A stretch of DNA of 32,000 bases from Candidatus Saccharimonadota bacterium (lineage in GTDB: Bacteria; Patescibacteriota; Saccharimonadia; Saccharimonadales; UBA4665), in NCBI GenBank assembly GCA_016700375.1, contig CP065016.1:360001-392000 (forward strand), written 5' to 3'. Shown here one piece after another: positions 31,737 to 32,000 of the stretch (position 1 is the first letter of the stretch; every line of letters begins with the position of its first letter). A program made the translations under genes and the position numbers. The notes under the pieces were generated by a model. That model did not search any database and was not told the origin of the DNA. It saw only the letters and a list, made by a program, of their open reading frames with translations.

Positions 31737-32000
31737 ATGGCAGTACAAATTACGATCGACGGGGAAGGGTTGAGCTATACTTCAAATATAAATATTATTC
31801 AAGCCGCGAAAATTATTGGATTCCTTAATACAGAAGAGCCGCTTGGTGCGGCCGACAGCTACCAAAATACTCCGCACCAAGGAGCAACGAATTTTATCGA
31901 TCCACCCAAGAACAAAGTGGTCTCTTCGCCGCGGGAGGCGATTATACATGCCCGCGCAAGAACAAATGCCCAAAAAATTCTCGTCTTGGGAGCATATATA
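31737..32000 (+). CDS. Hypothetical protein, 5' part only (ORF runs off the window; not in ORF track)
   Basis: AGGGAG (31726-31731) lies 5 nt before the ATG. Manual translation MAVQITIDGEGLSYTSNINIIQAAKIIGFLNTEEPLGAADSYQNTPHQGATNFIDPPKNKVVSSPREAIIHARARTNAQKILVLGAYI has no stop before the window end. Confidence 0.55.
   Translation, partial: MAVQITIDGEGLSYTSNINIIQAAKIIGFLNTEEPLGAADSYQNTPHQGATNFIDPPKNKVVSSPREAIIHARARTNAQKILVLGAYI

Noticed and set aside
1-32000. tRNA, rRNA, tmRNA, RNase P, transposase or integrase genes
   Set aside because: No cloverleaf-compatible segment, rRNA-like sequence or DDE/tyrosine-recombinase-like translation was recognised by eye. A tRNAscan/Infernal run would be needed to exclude small RNAs formally.

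Overview
This is a bacterial chromosomal window with genes on both strands. I saw no rRNA, tRNA, CRISPR array, transposase or integrase by eye. Layout from left to right: (1) Purine genes: a single-chain large purL (143-4192) and purH (4644-6275), separated by a small four-helix-bundle gene (23S-rRNA-IVS/Avd-like) bracketed by inverted heptamer arrays. (2) An AT-rich HicB/HicA-like pair, a GH13 glucan enzyme, an ECF sigma factor with a PepSY-domain membrane partner, and a DsbA-like oxidoreductase translationally coupled to a 4-TM CxxC membrane protein. (3) A minus-strand block of thrC, a P-loop kinase-like gene and a zeta-toxin-like gene. (4) A cupin, peptidase E, HTH-Fic, an operon starting with a nucleotidyltransferase-YbaK fusion, and a canonical hicBA pair. 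(5) The most unusual region (19988-26166): a NOX/ferric-reductase-like membrane flavocytochrome followed by two paralogous modules. Each module has a secreted or anchored protein built of Cys-pair Ig-like repeats (1 and 7 copies) ending in a cytochrome-b5-like domain, plus a membrane-anchored DUF4352-like protein. I propose this as a candidate extracytoplasmic electron-transfer system. (6) An AT-richer island with a 59-aa ORF, a SWIM zinc-finger protein, a 1041-aa single-chain PD-ExK plus N6-adenine methyltransferase enzyme (type IIG/ISP-like), and an ORF running off the window. Three signals recur across the window. First, heptanucleotide-periodic tracts occur at 7 loci, and some are translated into gene 3' ends or into the purL interdomain linker. 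Second, about 10 genes have a TATACT-like hexamer 6-8 nt upstream of the start codon, which suggests leaderless mRNAs. Third, there are several hairpin repeats and perfect palindromes. All functional calls rest on motifs I recognise in the translations; no database search was run. The taxon cannot be determined from the sequence alone; gene content is compatible with an uncultivated monoderm or CPR-like lineage, but that is only a guess.
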